Source: Acidobacteriota bacterium (lineage in GTDB: Bacteria > Acidobacteriota > Vicinamibacteria > Fen-336). Taken from it: a stretch of 37,632 bases of DNA. The stretch covers positions 1-37,632 of the forward strand of contig QHVP01000105.1 in the NCBI GenBank assembly GCA_003222295.1. The letters are read 5' to 3'. The notes below the pieces were generated by a model. That model was given only the letters and a program-made list of their open reading frames with translations, was not told the DNA's origin and ran no database searches. Both the position numbers and the translations under genes were made by a program. This document shows positions 37,416 through 37,632 of the stretch, piece by piece (position 1 is the first letter of the stretch; each line of letters opens with the position of its first letter).

Positions 37416-37632
37416 CATCGTTTGACAGAACCTCGGTGCCCTCTCGCCGTAGAGTGCATTGAGCATCGGAGGGGACGTGCCACTGCGACGAGGTGACGGC
37501 GCGCCGAGGCCGAATCCATGCCCCCGGAGACGCCTCTCCAGCGCGGCCGATCAGGTCGGTGGCGCGTCCCCTTCCGGTGCCTTGTCCGTCCGGGTTCTCC
37601 GGCTGTCCTCTGCTATCATCCCCACGTCCCCG

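Noticed and set aside
35666-37466. 598-aa plus-strand and 580-aa minus-strand ORFs overlapping the 36066-37415 membrane-protein gene
   Set aside because: Both translate to extreme Arg/Gly/Pro/Ala sequence. The 36066 frame has the high G/C third-position bias and alternating hydrophobic helices, so it is the one I accept.
37416-37632. Possible riboswitch or ncRNA in the terminal non-coding 217 nt. GCCACTG, GAATCC and CCCGGAGACGCC fragments resemble cobalamin-riboswitch boxes, and there is a TTGACA with a TAGAGT downstream.
   Set aside because: The fragments are in the wrong order and spacing for the B12 element. The TTGACA-to-TAGAGT spacer is about 22 nt, which is too long. The downstream gene is outside the window, so nothing can be supported.

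Overview
Very GC-rich bacterial chromosomal segment. I found no rRNA, tRNA, CRISPR array, transposase or integrase. Almost the whole window is a cell-surface glycan (O-antigen, capsule or EPS type) biosynthesis and export locus, followed by a small sulfate-activation module.

Layout:
- Plus-strand block, 1-19.4 kb: GT1; AlgD-like GDP-mannose 6-dehydrogenase; three SAM methyltransferases; CE4 deacetylase; a beta-helix::GT2 fusion; C-N hydrolase plus WbuX-type PP-loop sugar amidotransferase; two SDR epimerase/dehydratases; FAD oxidoreductase; a very large polytopic membrane protein; a lipoprotein; the Wzm/Wzt ABC exporter.
- Minus-strand block, 30.2-19.4 kb: DegT aminotransferase; two AsnB-type amidotransferases, each followed by a methyltransferase and then a GT1 or a polytopic membrane protein; a GSCFA protein.
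- Plus strand, 30.3-32.7 kb: GT1 and WecB.
- Minus strand, 36.0-32.7 kb: TauE, DUF1634, HAD, Sat, CysC.
- Plus strand, 36.1-37.4 kb: one more membrane protein.

Most gene junctions are 4-nt ATGA/GTGA/TTGA overlaps.

Points most worth a second look:
1. A nitrilase-superfamily hydrolase sits next to a WbuX-type PP-loop amidotransferase, with no HisH/HisF partner. This looks like a split NadE-like arrangement.
2. A periplasmic beta-helix domain is fused to a membrane GT2 synthase, in a locus that also encodes an AlgD-like enzyme.
3. Three amidotransferases and five methyltransferases occur in one locus, together with a Wzt that carries a C-terminal cap-binding-type domain.
4. A 55-nt direct repeat brackets cysC and has replaced the linker of what was a bifunctional sat-cysC gene.
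5. At least five further reading-frame lesions are present. One places a promoter-proximal ATG out of frame at a CCC-TAG site.

Limits: all family calls come from motif recognition by eye and from memory. No searches were run, and start codons are judgement calls.
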